Source of the DNA: Owenia fusiformis
Taxonomy: Eukaryota
DNA length: 64,000 nt
Assembly: GCA_903813345.2 (NCBI GenBank)
Contig: CAIIXF020000001.1
Span: 10,292,001-10,356,000 of the forward strand
Direction: 5' to 3'
Shown here: positions 26,601-41,600 of the stretch, piece by piece
Layout: every line of letters begins with the position of its first letter
Position numbering within the stretch: the first letter of the stretch is position 1
Notes under the pieces: generated by a model
The model's input: the letters and a program-made list of their open reading frames with translations, nothing else
Told to the model about the DNA's origin: nothing
Database searches by the model: none
Made by a program: the position numbers and the translations under genes

Positions 26601-29600
26601 ATGTCTTCTTCCATTTAAGATACAAAAAATGTATATTGGACCACCAATGGTCATATTAGAGCTTTCAGATCTCCCCTACCCCATTTATTATGAAAAATTA
26701 CTGAAACATATGAAAATGTAAAATAACTTGAATTTATAGACTTTAACAATGTTGTAGCTATTCTATATCAATATTTTGTATTATTTAATGTTTTTCAGAT
26801 ATTTCAGAACCTTTTATTGGTATACTAGTGCCTAGAAATGAGACATTTAAGGACAAAACTTGGCATTTTTTAATCATTTTAGCTTTCAGCAGTAACATAT
26901 AGTTCCTCATATATTGAGTTTTATGCTTACTGGTTGTTGCAATTTTAATCAGATCTGTTCTCGTAGATGTCTTCTTCCATTTAAGGTATAGAAAATGTAT
27001 AGTGGACCACCAATGGTCATATTAGAGCTTTCAGATCTCCCCTACCCCATTTATAATGAAAAATTATAAGAAAAATATGAAAATATAAAATAACTTGAAA
27101 CTATAAACTTTAGTTAAGTTGTAGCTATTCTATATCAATATTATGTGTTATTTAATCTTTTTAAGATAATTTAGAACCTTTATTGGTAAACAAGTGCCTA
27201 GAAATGAGACATTTAAGGACAAAACATGGCTTTTTTACCATTTTCACTTTCAGCAATAACATATAGGTCCTTATATCTTGAGTTTAATGCTGACTGGTTG
27301 GTGCATTTTTCGTCAAATTTGTTCTTGTAGATGTCTTGTTTCATTTACGATATAAAAAAATGTATAGTGGATGACCAATGTTCATAATGAGCTTTCAGAT
27401 CTCCCCTACCCCATTCATTAGGAAAAATGACCGGAAAATATTAATAAAAAGTAAAATAACTTCAAATTATGAACTTTTACAAAGTTGTACCTATTCTATG
27501 TCAATAATATGTATTATTTAATCTTTTTCTGATGTTTCAGGACCCTCATTAGTATTCTAATGCCCAGAAATGAGATATTTAAGGACAAATCTTTTTTTTC
27601 ATTTTCGCTTTCAGCAATAACGTATAGGTCCCTTTATATTGAGTTTTATGCTAACTGGTTGGTGCATTCTTGGTCAGATCTGTTCTTGTACATGTCTTCT
27701 TCCATTTAGGATATAAAAATGTATATTGGAAAACCAATGTTGATATTAGAGCTTTCATGTCTCCCCTGCCCCATTTATAATGTAAATGAAAAAGTAATTT
27801 CAAATCATAAACTTTAACAAAATTGCAGCTATTCTCTATCAATACTATGTATTATTTAATGTAACCTTCATTTGATTACATGTATCTAAAATTTGGCGTT
27901 TTTAGCATTCTGCATTTAGCAGTAGCATATAATTTTCCACAATTATAATTCTTTGATGATAGATTCATATATGTTTTCTATTGAATCTGTCTTCTTTGAT
28001 TTAAATTTAAGAAAATGTATGTAAGACAAACAATGTTTTTATTAGAGGTCTAAGATCTGCCCTCCACCATTTAATAAGAAAACCAACACAAATGTTATTA
28101 TTGCATGTTAATATTCGTAAACTTTTCAAAAGTTTAGCACATTTATTTGCACACTAAAATCAAAAAATGGCACATAAATGGGCAAAATGACAAATTTTTC
28201 ACTTTCAGCAATAGTTGTTTATATTTTTAGTTGAATGGTGATTGTTGATATATTTTAGATCATATATATTCAATTATGTGTCTTGTTATCTTCAAAGCAT
28301 GGAAAATGTGTTTTAAACACAAATATACATATTAGGGATAAAATTACTACACTACCATGTTTTTAAAAGATTACTCAAAAATAGAATAGTGCGAAATAAT
28401 TTTGTAACTTCACAGTTTACTCTCATATGAATCAAAGGATATGTCTATATATAAACATGATTGTTCACAACTCTCGAACTTAATCTAGCAACAGCCTGAT
28501 TTTTCAAATCTCCCTGGTTCTATGTTAGAGCTGCATTTAAGTCATTTTAAAGGTCTAAGTTGCTCATGACACCACAAGCTATATATTCAGATATGTAAGA
28601 TCTCTAAATAATTTTTATAGTTCTGAGAAACTCATCCTAAAATATTGTCCAACGATGTGCACTATGTTGTTTATTGCCACATGGACAGGTAGCAATACAC
28701 CCTTGACTAGAAACTTTGTATTTGCAATTTTCTCTGCCTTTTGCCATTTTACATTTGCCAATTGCCAAGGACATATGTTTTTTGTGTTGCTACGAAGGTT
28801 TGTTTGTGAGTACTGGTACAAGACACCCATCTTTGATATATCTTCAAATAGGTATTGCACTTTGAGATTCATAGTAATTTAGAATGCTACCTAAATGGAG
28901 GACATAAGAAACTTTAAGAGCTCAACTCTCATCCTCTTTGCAAGCAACAGACTGAATACAAATTCTCTCAACATTGAATTCCTTTGTCTTGTCTGCAGCA
29001 CTGTAATAGACATGGGCCATAAGGAGAGTGTCAACTTCTTCATTTCACAATGTTTGCATTTACCAAAATATCCCCAAGCCCAATATCCATCATGAACTTC
29101 CTAATTACACCACCCTTAGGTGTAATATGGAAATCACCAAGCCTTTGACAACATTGCAATTGATATGAGGGAATCACTCAGATGCGAGTAGGTAGTTACC
29201 AGTTTTGCCACCAGGTGGCTGATTCGGGGGAAATAACATGGCAGGGTATTACAAAATTCCCTTAAACTTGAATATGCATCAGTTTTAGTGGTTCACTTTT
29301 CAAATTACCCTTATGTATGTTATAGTTATACAAATTAAAATAAGTCCAGGAAAAGAAAATATTATCTGCCCAACACAAGAAAAGATATTTCACTTTTTGT
29401 AGTTTTACAACATGGGGTTATGGGGAATCTCCACGACCTAGAAGTCACATTTTCAAAGAAAATTAAATTTTCAAAGTTGATCAACTCTTTTCAAAACCAC
29501 ACTTTTAGATGTAATTTTATATGTAGATTCCAAATATGGCACCAGTTTGATTGAATTGTTAATTTTTTTTAATGACGTAAATCAAGATTATTTCTACTCG

Positions 29601-32600
29601 CATCAAGGATATTCAACCAATATGGCTTGATCACTGGTTATGATTATCACACTACTATACCCCATTACATTTTAATATGTTCCTAGTGTTCTACTATACA
29701 TTGCATAGATTCATGAGCAGTTTGCAACGTATTATTACCAGAAAGCCCAAATAGACAAAGATAGAGAATACCCGCCCCATTTGCAACTCAACTTTAAATG
29801 TCTAATTTTTAGACTTGTATACTCATGAAGTTCCTGAAACATCTGAAAATATCAAATAATACATAGTATTGATCTAGAATAGCGACAACTTTCTTAAAGT
29901 CTATACTTTGAAATTGTTTGGTTTTTATATTTCTGGTTATTTTTTCAAAATGGGGTAGGGGAGATATGTAAGCTCTCGTGTAATGTCAGGCTGTCCTTAC
30001 ATGTTTAAATACCTTAAATCAAAGTAGGCAGGCAAAAAAACAGATTTGTTCAAGAATCCATCAACCAATCAGCATAAAACTCAAGATAAAAGGAAATACA
30101 GTAATGTTATTGCTAAACGTGGAATTTTGTTCTTAAATGTATAATTTTTAGACACTAGTATATTAATGAAGGTCCTGAAACATTAATTATTCCATTCAAT
30201 AACACATAAGGAATGGCTACATCTTTGTTAAAGTTTATACTGGTAATTTGAAGTTATTTTTTATATTTTCTGGTCATCTTCCCTAATAAATGGGGTAGGG
30301 GAGATCTGAAAGCTCTAATACGAACATTGTTTGTCCACTATACATTATCAATACCTTAAATGGAAGAAAACATGTTCAAGAACAGATTTAATCAAAAATG
30401 CATCAACCAGTCAGCATAAAACTCAAGATATAAGGATTTATATGTTATTGCTGAAAGCAGCATTGATTAAAAAATGCCAAGTTTTGTCCTTAAATGTCTC
30501 ATTTCTAGTCACTTGAATACCAATAAAGGTTTTTAAAAATCTTAAAAACGTTAAATAACACATAATATTGATATAGAACAGCTACAACTTTATTAAAGTT
30601 TATAATTTCAAGTTATTTTACATTTTCATATTTCTCGTTTATTTTCCATAATAGATGGGGTAGGGGATATCTGAAAGCTTTAATATGAACATTGTTTGTC
30701 TACTATACATTTTCTATATCTTAAACGGAAGAAGACATGCACAAGAACAGATTTAATTGAAAATGAAACAATCAGACAGCATAAAACTCAAGATATGAGG
30801 AACTATATATTACTGCTGAAAGCGAAAATGATAAAAAAAAATGCAAAGTTTTGTCCTTAAATGTCTCATTTCTAGCCACTTGTATACTGATAAAGGTTCT
30901 GAAATATCTTAAAAACATTAAATAACACATAATATTTATATAGAATAGCTACAACTTTGTTAAAGTTTATAATGTCAAGTTATTTTATTTTTCATATTTT
31001 TGGGTAATTTTGTATAATAAATGGGGTAGGGGAGATCTGAAAGCTCTAATATGAACATTGGTTGTCCACTATACATTTTCTATACCTTAAATGGAAGAAC
31101 ACATGTACAAGCACAGATTTAATCAAAAATGCAAGAACCAGTCAGCATTAAACTCAAGATATAAGGAACTATATCTTAATGCTGAAAGCGAAAATGATTA
31201 AAAAATGCCAAATTTTGTCCTTAAATGTCACATTTCTAGACACAAGTACACTAATGAAGGTCCTGAAACATCTGAGAAACCTTAAATAACACATAATATC
31301 GATATAGAATAGCTACAACTTTGTTTGAGTTGAACATTTCGACTTTTTGTAGTTTCCATTTTTAGCCATTTCTTTTCTAAAATATTCAAGGTATGTCTTC
31401 TTCGGAACAGTATTTAGATATGTTCGCAAGAGTTATATGCTTCGAGGCGAAATCCCTTATGCAGGACACCCTGATAGAATAAAAAATCAGTAGAAATTCC
31501 ATCCAGCTTAAAAAGTCATTTTTTCCTTAACGGAGCCTCTTAGAAAATTTTCCACCCCGAGTAAAAAGCTGTGCGAATCAACCAATAGCTGTGAGTGTGA
31601 TGGGAAAACTATGGGTTTACATATTATGGGTTTACATATGTGATTACTGTGAACTACATTTACTTAAGTATATTCCAGTGAAAGTATTAAATCAATCATG
31701 TACTGGATATTAAACTTGTATAATCTTGTTTTCAGACATTCAACAAGGCTAAAAGATCCAGTTACTATGTCATCATTAATTACAAGTGATGTGTTTTGAC
31801 AAATTAAAATCAGGGTTGCTATGACATTTTCAAATCAATATTTCACAACCTTCTCTGACCACATTAGACAATTGCGAGGGGATTCATTGAACCATGAAAA
31901 TAAAGATGAAAATTACTTTCTGTCTATACATGTACCATGTTATAAATTATTTTTATTTAATCAAATTAAAATTTTCATATTAATTATCACACAATGTAAA
32001 ATCAAAATCAAACACCACATCAAAATGCCAAATACCATGCAAAATGCCATGTAATACTAATCAACATATGAAACAAGCCATTTTAATTGTGATTAAAAAT
32101 GCAGCACCCATCTACATTTATATTAAGTGTGCAGAAATGACACATGTTATACACATACTGACATAATAGTAACAGTAAGACACTGCAAACCACACCCAAC
32201 TAAAGCAACTCAAACTATGACACACTAAAAATTCATAATTGAATTGAATACGTTCATTTGAGCAGCCAGCCATCCTCCTATGCAGGTGTCTAGAAACCAT
32301 AGCTTCTTCTTCCCAAAAATGAAGAAGATTCTTCTTCCCAAAAATGAAGAAGAAATTCTGGATTTTGGAGCCCTGTGCTCGGAGGATGGCAGTCAGCATA
32401 TCGCATAATATTCCTCAAACTGAAGGCTTTTGTATCAAAGCCAAAAATAAACATATCTTTACATGCCTTTTATATGTCGCAATATAAAGCCCATTGTTAT
32501 GTGTCACGTAGAATGTATTCATTCCAATTATTACTTTAGTACAATATTAATATCACTAGTTGCAAACAGGATTGTATTTATTATATAATTTTCAAAGGAA

Positions 32601-35600
32601 AACAGTGAATGACAAGACTGTACAATTAATGTGTTGCACATGTCCAAACTTGAACGATTAAAGACAATTTTAAAAATACTTTCTTAAGTTATTAAAAATG
32701 TTAACCAACACAAAACACAATGAAATCTGCAACTAGGTAACTAGGTAACTAAGGGACGCATGAAGCTGTCAATCACCTGATGAGCAGATCCCGCCCACTG
32801 AGTAAGATCGAGGTGATGCGATATACGCTAGGCCTAACACGCCCCCTTCAAAGGGCAAATATGTAAAGAGATGGGACAAACAGAACTGCTTGTAATGAGA
32901 ATCACGGCTAAACACCTGAAATTGAAAATCCCCGAATGTGTACATCCTGTTACGTTATTAAACATTACTTAAGCATTTTGGTCGTTCACTATTAGGGATG
33001 CAATGCATTAGCTCAGCTATGACTTTTGTATTTCATCTGAAATAAATAAACATTCTATGTTCAACCCTATTAAGATTTACCATGCAACTCTTAATGATTT
33101 GACAGCCAATAAAGTTCTCGAAACAAACAGTTTGCCCATTAAAAAAATTCATCTCTCAGAACATATCATTTTTGAAACATCACCTAGTAGTTTTATATTT
33201 TTTATCTTTTCCAAAAACCTGACAACCGTGAACTTTTGCAGAAGAGTCAATTTTATCATGTTAAATCAGCTTTCTATCTTCTGTTTTTCATTTGTACTTA
33301 AAGCAGCTAAATTGTCAAATGATTAAGAGTCTGTAAGGACCCATGCATCTAACATTTCCATTTCCTGAAATCTAGGAAAGCAATGTGTATTAGTAATGCT
33401 TTATGGTCATAGTTCAAAAAACAGCCATTCAAAACCTTCTAAAATGCATACAGTAAATCCAAGATGCAATCCCAAAACAATTTTCCAGCTTAATTCAAGG
33501 ATAATCAAATGAGGCACTTGGCAGAGAAGTAGGAAGTGACCTCACGAAGCTAGACATTGTAGGGAATTGTGGGATGTACAGAGGAGATACACAGAGGATT
33601 TATTGAAGCTGTTTGTTGATATGGGGTTTTGTTGAGCATTGAGAAACCCATACCCCATGCAGGAGAATGTGATACCCTATGAATATTATACACTTGGGAA
33701 AATACATACTATTTGTTAGATCCCAATAGACGAATCACTATGTTCAGAGAGGTAAGGATTTTTGATGGTATAAGACACTCACAATGAAAATATCTCATAT
33801 TAAAATATATGACAATTAAGGAGAAGGAGGTAGAACATGATGTATGAAAGACTTTATTATCATGTGACTTTATTATCATATGATTACAATTGATTATCTG
33901 AATATGACATAATAATGTGTTATTTTAATAACAATTCTCCATGTTTCTTAATTTTTCATTGATGTAAAATTAATTGTGGCAGAAATTATAAATAATTAAT
34001 TGAACTGATTAATCAAAATAATGAATGGATCGTGAATTCTAAATCTCTCCTCAAAAGCATGATAAGTGTGTCCCCCCAACCAATCACAATCATAAAAAGG
34101 AGCCAGATGGAGTCTGGGTGTGACCCCCCCCCCTTCATAATTGAAATATTGAATTATAATATCATGTGCCATTTCCTGAGCTGGAATATTCTACCCTCAA
34201 TTAAACAATGTAAGGAGATGGAGCCTCAAAGAAACAGGTCATAAATTGTAACATGTTACTCAGTAGGCCTATAGCCATAGAAAATAGTTATGGGGTTAGT
34301 GATGTTAGTTAAACATGTGCCTTTAACAGAAGACTGTACATTAAACAGTAACTCATCCAACTCTTAACATCCAAGAAACCCTGACAGATCAGATAATCCA
34401 CAACATTGTTTCAATCTCTTTCATCATATTTAAGTCTCATCTTGTACATTTTGTAATCTTTAAACTTTCCAAAACGTCAATGTACTTTATATCTCATCTT
34501 GTACATTCAGTAACCTTTAGAATTTTTCAAAACAGCCATTTTATATATTCAATAAATTCAATGTACTTTATAAGGGACACAATCATCAATATTGTACCTA
34601 AAACTAATAAAATGGACAGCGTTGGATTTACATAGCTGCAGCATGTCAAATTAATTAGTTCCAGCTTTGCATAGCAGAAAACAGCTCCGAAAATCTTATC
34701 AAGTAGTTTATATTGAAATGCACAGACAAGAAAAGTGAAACCCTTCCACCCATTCACAATAAGCAGAATGTATCAGAACTTGTCATTTTGAAGTCAATAG
34801 AGAAAAAACAACTGGTGAAGAGACATCCCCTTCAGAAATCATCATTGAAACACTTGTTGAAAATTTGAAGAACAGTGCATATAGACTTATAGGAAATGGC
34901 ATACAATTACTTCAAAAGCACGGAGATCATCTTATCTGTCAGGATTCGAAACAATTTTTAGTTTGAACTCAATTTTGAACTCAATATCACAAAGGATAGC
35001 CCAAAATGTGAAGTGGTGCATATAAAGATATAGAGTTAAGAGTTATCATGAGCAATTTTCACTTTAATCACTAAACTGTCAAAAAGCTGCCTAGAAACAA
35101 GTATCTTGGAATCAGGGTGAAGGAGGAGTGCAATGTATGAATGGGCAATCGTAATATTGTTGCTAACATTCAATTATAGTAAATCATGCCATTTAATATA
35201 TATGATGCCACTGGTACAATTTTACTGCATGTTGCTAATTTTGAAGAACTTCTTCAATTGTGTAAGCAATGCCATGTTTATAACTTGTGTCATCATAAAT
35301 CTAAACCATCTTCATTCACTCGGCTCACATCAGTGGTCTGAATGCAGAGAATACTGAGTGTGCGAAGATGGAATCTAACCATTATATGCTGGCTTCACTG
35401 ATGTAACAGAATTTATAGGATATGATTATCCAAATGAGTTTGTTCTTAAGATGAGTAGAATAGACATTCACACCCTGGTTTCAAGATAAATGTTCAGGGA
35501 ACTATATGCTTTTATTTTTTTGACAATTTCTGACATTATTTTCATTCTCAAACTCAGTACAGACATGTTTATGCATGAGACACAGAGAGGCTGTTATACC

Positions 35601-38600
35601 TTTTGTACATACTCCCCCAGGAGTGTTGATATCAGGGGAACCAACATAAGACAAGCCCAACATGCCTATATCTCCCGATTCTACTGCCTGCGCAGTCATT
35701 AAATGCGCGAGACAAAATGCACTAAAATCATTACGTGAGAACACCTACAATGATAAATTAAGTAAAGGTTATCCTCAAATCTAATATCAATTTAGACAAA
35801 CAGCCGTTAATTTCTGAGAGACTCAAAAGTGATAACGGTAACAGCCTTTGAAGGCCCTTTATATGCACCCTCTGAATGTCAAATGCAAAGTGCATACATG
35901 TAGTAGGGTAATATGTTAACGTCAACTGGTAAATATACATAACAAACATTTAGAATAGCTTAATGCATCACATCCCTCTTAGTAATTAGATAAATAGTTA
36001 AAATAGATAACATATTAAGTTTTAAAGATCCATTTCATAAGTACAAATAACAAAACCAGACAGATGTTCAGTTAGAAATTCAAATGAAAATTTCAGGGAA
36101 AATTCAAATAGTTCAATAATTTCTGGAAACACCGTAGTGAATCATTTTTGAGTGATCATCAAATTGGTGAAATAAAGGCAAAATATTCAACAATATTCAA
36201 AGATTTACAATAGCGTAAAATAAGTATGACAGTTTACAAGTATGATTGAGACTAGGCTTGTACCCAACCTACAAACTTGCTGAATCACTTTCTAAATTAC
36301 AGAAATCTTATAAAGGTTCCCTTATGTATGGTAAATACTGATATATCATGAATGGGTGCAAGTGTACATATACTTACCTCTAACAAAGGCTTTGTTGGCC
36401 ATATTAATCTCTCCATGTTATAATGTTCCTCATTTTTGATGGTCTCAGTGGGCTCTTCGTGCACCCGGATCTACATAAAGAAAAATAGTGCTATATATGT
36501 ATACATAGCATGTTGGCATTTTTCACTCACTTCTATTTTGATTTAATATTATTATACATTTCTAAATAAGGTTCCTGCTACATTTAAAAAAAAATTAACA
36601 AGGCAATGATGTGCCAAACCACATACCATTTGTTACAGACACCAACTGCCAAAATGTGCATGCTGTTAAACTTGTACCTGCAAATGGTTACAAAAGTGTA
36701 ACATATTGTTACATATAAACTTATGAAGTTACCTCTTTTATTTCAAAGCCCATGCCTTTGTATGAAGAGTCAAAGTCTGTCCTACGATAGAGAGCATCAA
36801 CGCGGTCTATGAGCCCAATCTGAAATCCAATGAATCCTACTTCATTTATTTAGTCAACAACCCAACATACAGACTTATAACAGTATATTTAACCTACTAT
36901 TAGTATTACTAAAGAAATGTGCACATGGTGTTGAGTAAGAGAAAGTTCAAGTATACTCTAGTGATCCAGTCCATGGATCAAGCCCTTATTTTACCTCAGT
37001 TGCTACTTCCCTATCTTTCTAAAATATTTAAAGAGTCATGATCAATGCCTTTATGCTCTGTGTCAAGAACCTTTCCCCTTTTAACCTTTTTATCATCATA
37101 TAAGTCAGTGTTTTTCATTTATCACTCATAAATATTATTGAAGTGGTTGTAATAAGATTTACCAAATAGTTTGTAGTCCTATATATGTTACTCTGTCCCA
37201 TTTCCCTAAAGAATCTATAGTCGGCCACCAAAAGTAATGGGCAGGTATTCTTCGTTGGAGTGAAAGTGCTTTGTCTCTTTTCCCTAGCTTCACCTAAAAA
37301 AAGCAGCAAAAATATTGGAGAGCTCCTCATTGTTAATTCTTCAGTAATTAACATCCAGTTAAAAACAGCAATAATACATGTACTGGAGTTCAGTGAACTG
37401 GAGAAATTACTAATTCCAAAAACTAAGCCCGTAGATGCATATGTATATGAAAAATAAACAAATACTAAACACTAAAAATACTAACCATAATAAATAAATA
37501 AGTCACTGAAAAGAGCTGATGTTAAGAGCTGATGTAAAACAGTCAGTTCACCCAAGTGGGGGTCAAATGTATGACCTCTCGCTTTAGTGCTGTACCACTA
37601 AGCTACAGAATCTGTTGACTTTTCCACATCTACATTGCATATTATATAGCATAATACAGCCATGTCTTACATGCCCAGTTTCAGGAACTCAATACTAGTT
37701 TTACTTGTCTTTCCAGGTTGTCAATCAAACAATGAAATAGGAAATGAGACAGTTAAGCAATAATGCAAGGATTGCAGACATACCTTGGTTGTCATCTTCT
37801 ATAACGTGTCCTCCATCCTCTTTGGGATCAACATGGACGTAGCCACAGAAACTAGAACTGAAACACAAATGTTTACATCAATCAGACATGGGAGACAACT
37901 TTTGCAAAGACAGTAGGTAGGTATTCTTTGCTAATACTATATTTTCTTAACATGTAAAACTGTGGTCCTTTATTTCATCTGCTTATAGGTCTGATTGTTT
38001 TTCCCAGGTTTTATCTCAATGGCATTTGAAAAACTGTAGATAGAACAATGAGGCCAGAGCTTGATTGAATTTAGCACAAAATTTAACACCAAATGCTTTA
38101 TCTTGTTTTTATATTAGTAAATAGTTTAACTTAATTTCTTTTGTCTGAAATTCAGGATTACAATTTATACTTTCTGCAAAATATTTATTGTATTTATATT
38201 CACTATGGTAGCATTTAAGTCACGATTCTCTTGATACTAGAGCCATCTATCGGAAACTAAATGAACGAATGGATGAGGTGAGGTTCTTGAGCAGGATATC
38301 ATCTACTCACTGGGATATAACTAGGACAGAGCAAACACTTAGGTTTATAAATCTACAATAATCCAGTATTGATTTTATATGATTGTAATTCGATTCAATG
38401 CTTTGTACAATTTACTTTGGTCATAATAAAATAATAATAAACAAAGTCGAGATATTAAATGACCAGTATTAATTAAGAAATCACCATTGAAATCAGTTAA
38501 TTAAATATGCATATACTTAACAGAAAAAAAATCAAATAAAAGTAAGACTTTGGAGATCAAAAAATATTAAAATATTAAAAAGGTCAAGGAGATAATCTAA

Positions 38601-41600
38601 TTGTCTTTCTCTTAATAAATCAACTGACATGTCATCATCGCCATGTAAAGCTATCAATAACTGAAACATCACTAAGATCTATTCCAAAGTGAATGAATAT
38701 GGATTAGCAAAGCCTATTTTAATCGGCAATCATCTTACTTTTTATTATAAAAATTGTAAGCCATGTTGCAAAGAAGTTAATTCATTTTATGGGATACCAA
38801 TTTTCAACCCAGAGAACTGGTAAGTGCAAATTACATGTTGTTTGCTTTAATGGTGATAAGGTTTTTTATAAAAGGGATCCATGTTTTAGTAGTCAAGTAT
38901 CAATATAATGATCAGCTTATATCGTTACAATTACAGTGTATTGATAAGCAGGAAGAAATATCAAAATTTCTTGCACAAAATATACACCAAAAAGAATATC
39001 CTTAATTTTTGAAAAACTATCAATGTCTTCAAAATAAACTGAATTTATGAACTGAGTTGTGAGCTGAATAATACACAAAGGCAGTGATTTTCACTAGGTT
39101 GCTATTGCCTATTTACTTCAGAATGTCACCAAATTTCCACACAATGTAAACAGATTTGTAACGAGGTGCCGTGTTATTTAAGAATGTAAATGTTTTATGT
39201 ATCTAATGCAGTAAATAGAAACAATGATGAATGAAATTATATTACCTTGCTCATTACTAACATGTTATTGAATTTTGTAGATATAAAGACATGTTGGGAT
39301 TAGTAGTTCTGAGTCTATGGCTGAGATGGGCAGAGTGCATCCAAAAGAACATATTGATGATAATCGTTGATGACCTACGACCCGAGTTAGGATGTTACTA
39401 CACACCCGGCTCACCGTTCCATGGCAATATGCATACACCAAATATAGATCAACTTGCATCAAGGAGTGTTCTATTCCAAGAGGCCTATGTGCAGTATCCA
39501 CTATGCAGCCCGAGTAGATCTTCGTTATTTACTGGGCGGAGACCTGACACTGTCAAAGTTTATTCAAATGCCATCTATTGGAGAGAAACTGGTGGCAATT
39601 TTACAAGTTTTCCGCAATATTTGAAACAAAATGGCTACACTGTGCTTGCAACAGGAAAGATGTTACCAAAAAGTTCTAATGTAATGCAAGACCCTATATC
39701 ATGGACAAGACCAGTTGATGTACCCCGAAACATATCTGTGATTCGAGGGACTAAATCAAGAACACAGACCTTCACAGATAATTCTGCATATCTACGCGAT
39801 ATGGGAGTGGCAGATAAAGCAAAGGAATTTATGAATGAAATAGCTTCAGGAGAATCCAAGCCATTTTTCCTGGGGGTTGGATTCTATAAACCCCACCTCC
39901 CTTGGGTCTTTCCTGATCGCTATCTACAGTACTATCCCGAGGAAGACATAGCTCTACCCTCAAACCCTTACCCCCCAGAAAATATGCCTGACATTGCATG
40001 GACGGGACATGCAGCTATTTTTAATAAAAAGTACAAGGATATTGTAGCACTGAATATATCAGGAGACCAAAGGAGCAGCAGTGATCTACCCGATGAAGTG
40101 GTTCGACAACTTAAGAGATCATACTGCAGTTCTATATCTTACATTGACGACTTGGTTGGTGACATTGTGAAGCATCTTGAACACACAAAACTGGCTAATG
40201 ACACGATAATTGCATTCATGAGTGATCATGGCTGGCATTTAGGGGAGCATGGACGATGGGGTAAAGCAACAAGCTTTCATTTAAATACAAGGACACCACT
40301 AATGATCCACATTCCAGGTGTGACAGATAAAGGAGATGTCACACACGGTAAGGTGGAATTTGTTGACATCTTTCCCACTTTACTTGAAGCTGCTGGTGTT
40401 GAAGCGATTCCCAAATGTCCCCATATGTCCCATAGAATAGCTCTCTGCCATGAAGGTCATAGCTTTTTACCTCTTTTACACAAGCCGAAAAAGCGTTGGA
40501 AAGAAAATATATTCTGGCAAGTGAAATCAAAGAAGAGCACGATGGGGTACAGTGTGTACGACGGTAAATATCGCTACACAATCTGGACCCCTTATACGGA
40601 TAAAAGGGTTAAGATAATGAAAAAAGATATAATTGCAGAGGAGTTGTATGATCACATGACTGACCCTCAAGAGACAGTGAATGTAGCTAATAAGGAGCAA
40701 CATAGGAGACAGGTATGGAAGCTAAGAACAACATTGAAAGATGCTTTCAATAAAGGAATTTACAGTGAACCACAGTAGACTAGATAAGGAATAGTATGTA
40801 AAGTAAAGCATAATTCAGAACATTATGGTAAAGTAAAATAAAGTACAACACAGTATGGCAAAGTGTAATATAGTACAGTACAGTGTGGAAAAGTACAGTA
40901 CAGCAAGGTAAAGAGTAATCTAGTACCGTATAAAGTGATGCAGTACAGTATATAACAGAGCAGTACAATACTCAACTAATTGAATGATACAAATATTTAT
41001 TGCCCCAAATGAATGTACAGTATATTTCATTATGCCGAATCACCAGCATAGCAACACTCAACTGGCTGTTTTTTTTAATGTCAATATAGATCCCAATGAT
41101 CTGAAATGTAGTTTTCATGGCCTCAGCTACTTGTGGGTAAAAAATCAAGTCAAGTGTCGTGAATTTCTGAATAAATGCAGTGAAACCTGATACCTAATCT
41201 GAACACCACTGGGAACAGCTAAAAGTGTTCGGATAAGCAAGTATTCTCATTTCCAGTTTTTTAACAATAATTGGACTGAAAAAGTGTTCACATTAAGAGG
41301 TGTTCATAACTGAAAGGTATTCAGATATACAGGTTTTACTGTAAACTGTTCAACTGGGTAAATAAAACAAAATGATGTCGAGGAGTGAAATTAATGAATA
41401 ATTAAGACTTATTAATTCTAACTATTTAATGATATGGATGATCATTAGAGATGTCAGTCTATCAATCATTTCTATGTGTTGTTGATAAAATAAAAGCTTT
41501 GTTTCCCAATATGAAGATATCAATGTCTCGTGAAGATGTAGATGTAAAATATTTTTAAATCACCAATGCAATATGCAATATATACATAGAATGTGAATTT

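Noticed and set aside
32775-32830. CTGATGAG suggesting a hammerhead ribozyme (also 24684 and within the 28-bp repeat)
   Set aside because: There is no stem II followed by the GAAA core at a compatible distance.
34763-34961. ~66-codon stop-free plus-strand frame in ADAM17 intron 10, a possible third nested gene remnant
   Set aside because: No start codon, no convincing splice context and no recognisable family motif.
39291-40778. Bacterial contamination or clear horizontal transfer for the intronless enzymes
   Set aside because: Composition matches host exons, eukaryotic signal/TM segments and upstream splice acceptors are present, and the flanks are host introns. Only a phylogeny could support transfer.
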